A stretch of 62,927 nucleotides of DNA, the filler included, from Octopus bimaculoides (lineage: Eukaryota), in NCBI RefSeq assembly GCF_001194135.2. It is 5 parts of 3 records of this genome, joined end to end, with 100 filler letters (N's around TTAATTAATTAA, not from the genome) between each part and the next. Parts side by side here need not be neighbours in the genome. Positions count along the whole stretch, not along the records: positions 58,845 to 62,927 come from NC_068987.1; 4 more parts are not named here. One strand, 5' to 3'. The position numbers and the translations under genes are program-made. Every line of letters begins with the position of its first letter. The first letter of the stretch is position 1. Under the pieces are notes generated by a model. That model saw only the letters and a program-made list of their open reading frames with translations. It made no database searches and had not been told where the DNA came from. Shown here piece after piece: positions 62,791 to 62,927 of the stretch.

Positions 62791-62927
62791 TACATCATGG
62801 ACAGGGTAGTTAAGGATCCTGGCATGGGTGGGGCGCTGATCAATTTAGATCAATCTAAAGCCTTCGATAGGGTCGACCATCGATACCTGACGGCCGTCCT
62901 CAGGGCAGCTGGCTTTGGTCCCGTCTT
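62791..62927 (+). mobile_element. 5'-truncated Tx1/L1-clade LINE RT, runs off the window end
   Basis: Open frame [45 protein letters not shown]; LDQxKAFDRVDH..GFGP is characteristic of Tx1 RT. Confidence 0.85.

Overview
AT-rich, repeat-saturated eukaryotic draft sequence with about 7 kb of N gaps. The tRNA-derived SINE families and microsatellite load point to an octopus genome (inference from repeat content, not a database hit). I found no complete protein-coding gene, rRNA, true tRNA gene or CRISPR array, and most listed ORFs are gap- or microsatellite-artefacts. The window is mostly four SINE families (called A-D here), decayed LINEs (two R4/Dong, two CR1/L2-like, RTE, Tx1, Penelope-like), a decayed mariner transposase, hAT/Tigger/mariner MITEs with readable TIRs and TSDs, Helitrons and microsatellites. 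Four identical N44-TTAATTAATTAA-N44 spacers are artificial joins, so the window is five pieces whose adjacency is unverified. Best leads: (1) a minimal type-I hammerhead ribozyme at 11343-11388 (-) inside a Penelope-type inverted repeat whose second arm starts at the predicted cleavage site; (2) candidate + strand microexons (21, 15, 24 nt) and a recursive-splice-like CAG|GTAAG site, suggesting the window may be intronic in a large gene; (3) a three-layer nested TE with its empty-site copy in the same window; (4) adjacent inverted SINE pairs as candidate dsRNA/ADAR substrates; (5) Dong elements associated with (TAA)n, one with a chimeric 5' end. All alignments and translations were done by eye.
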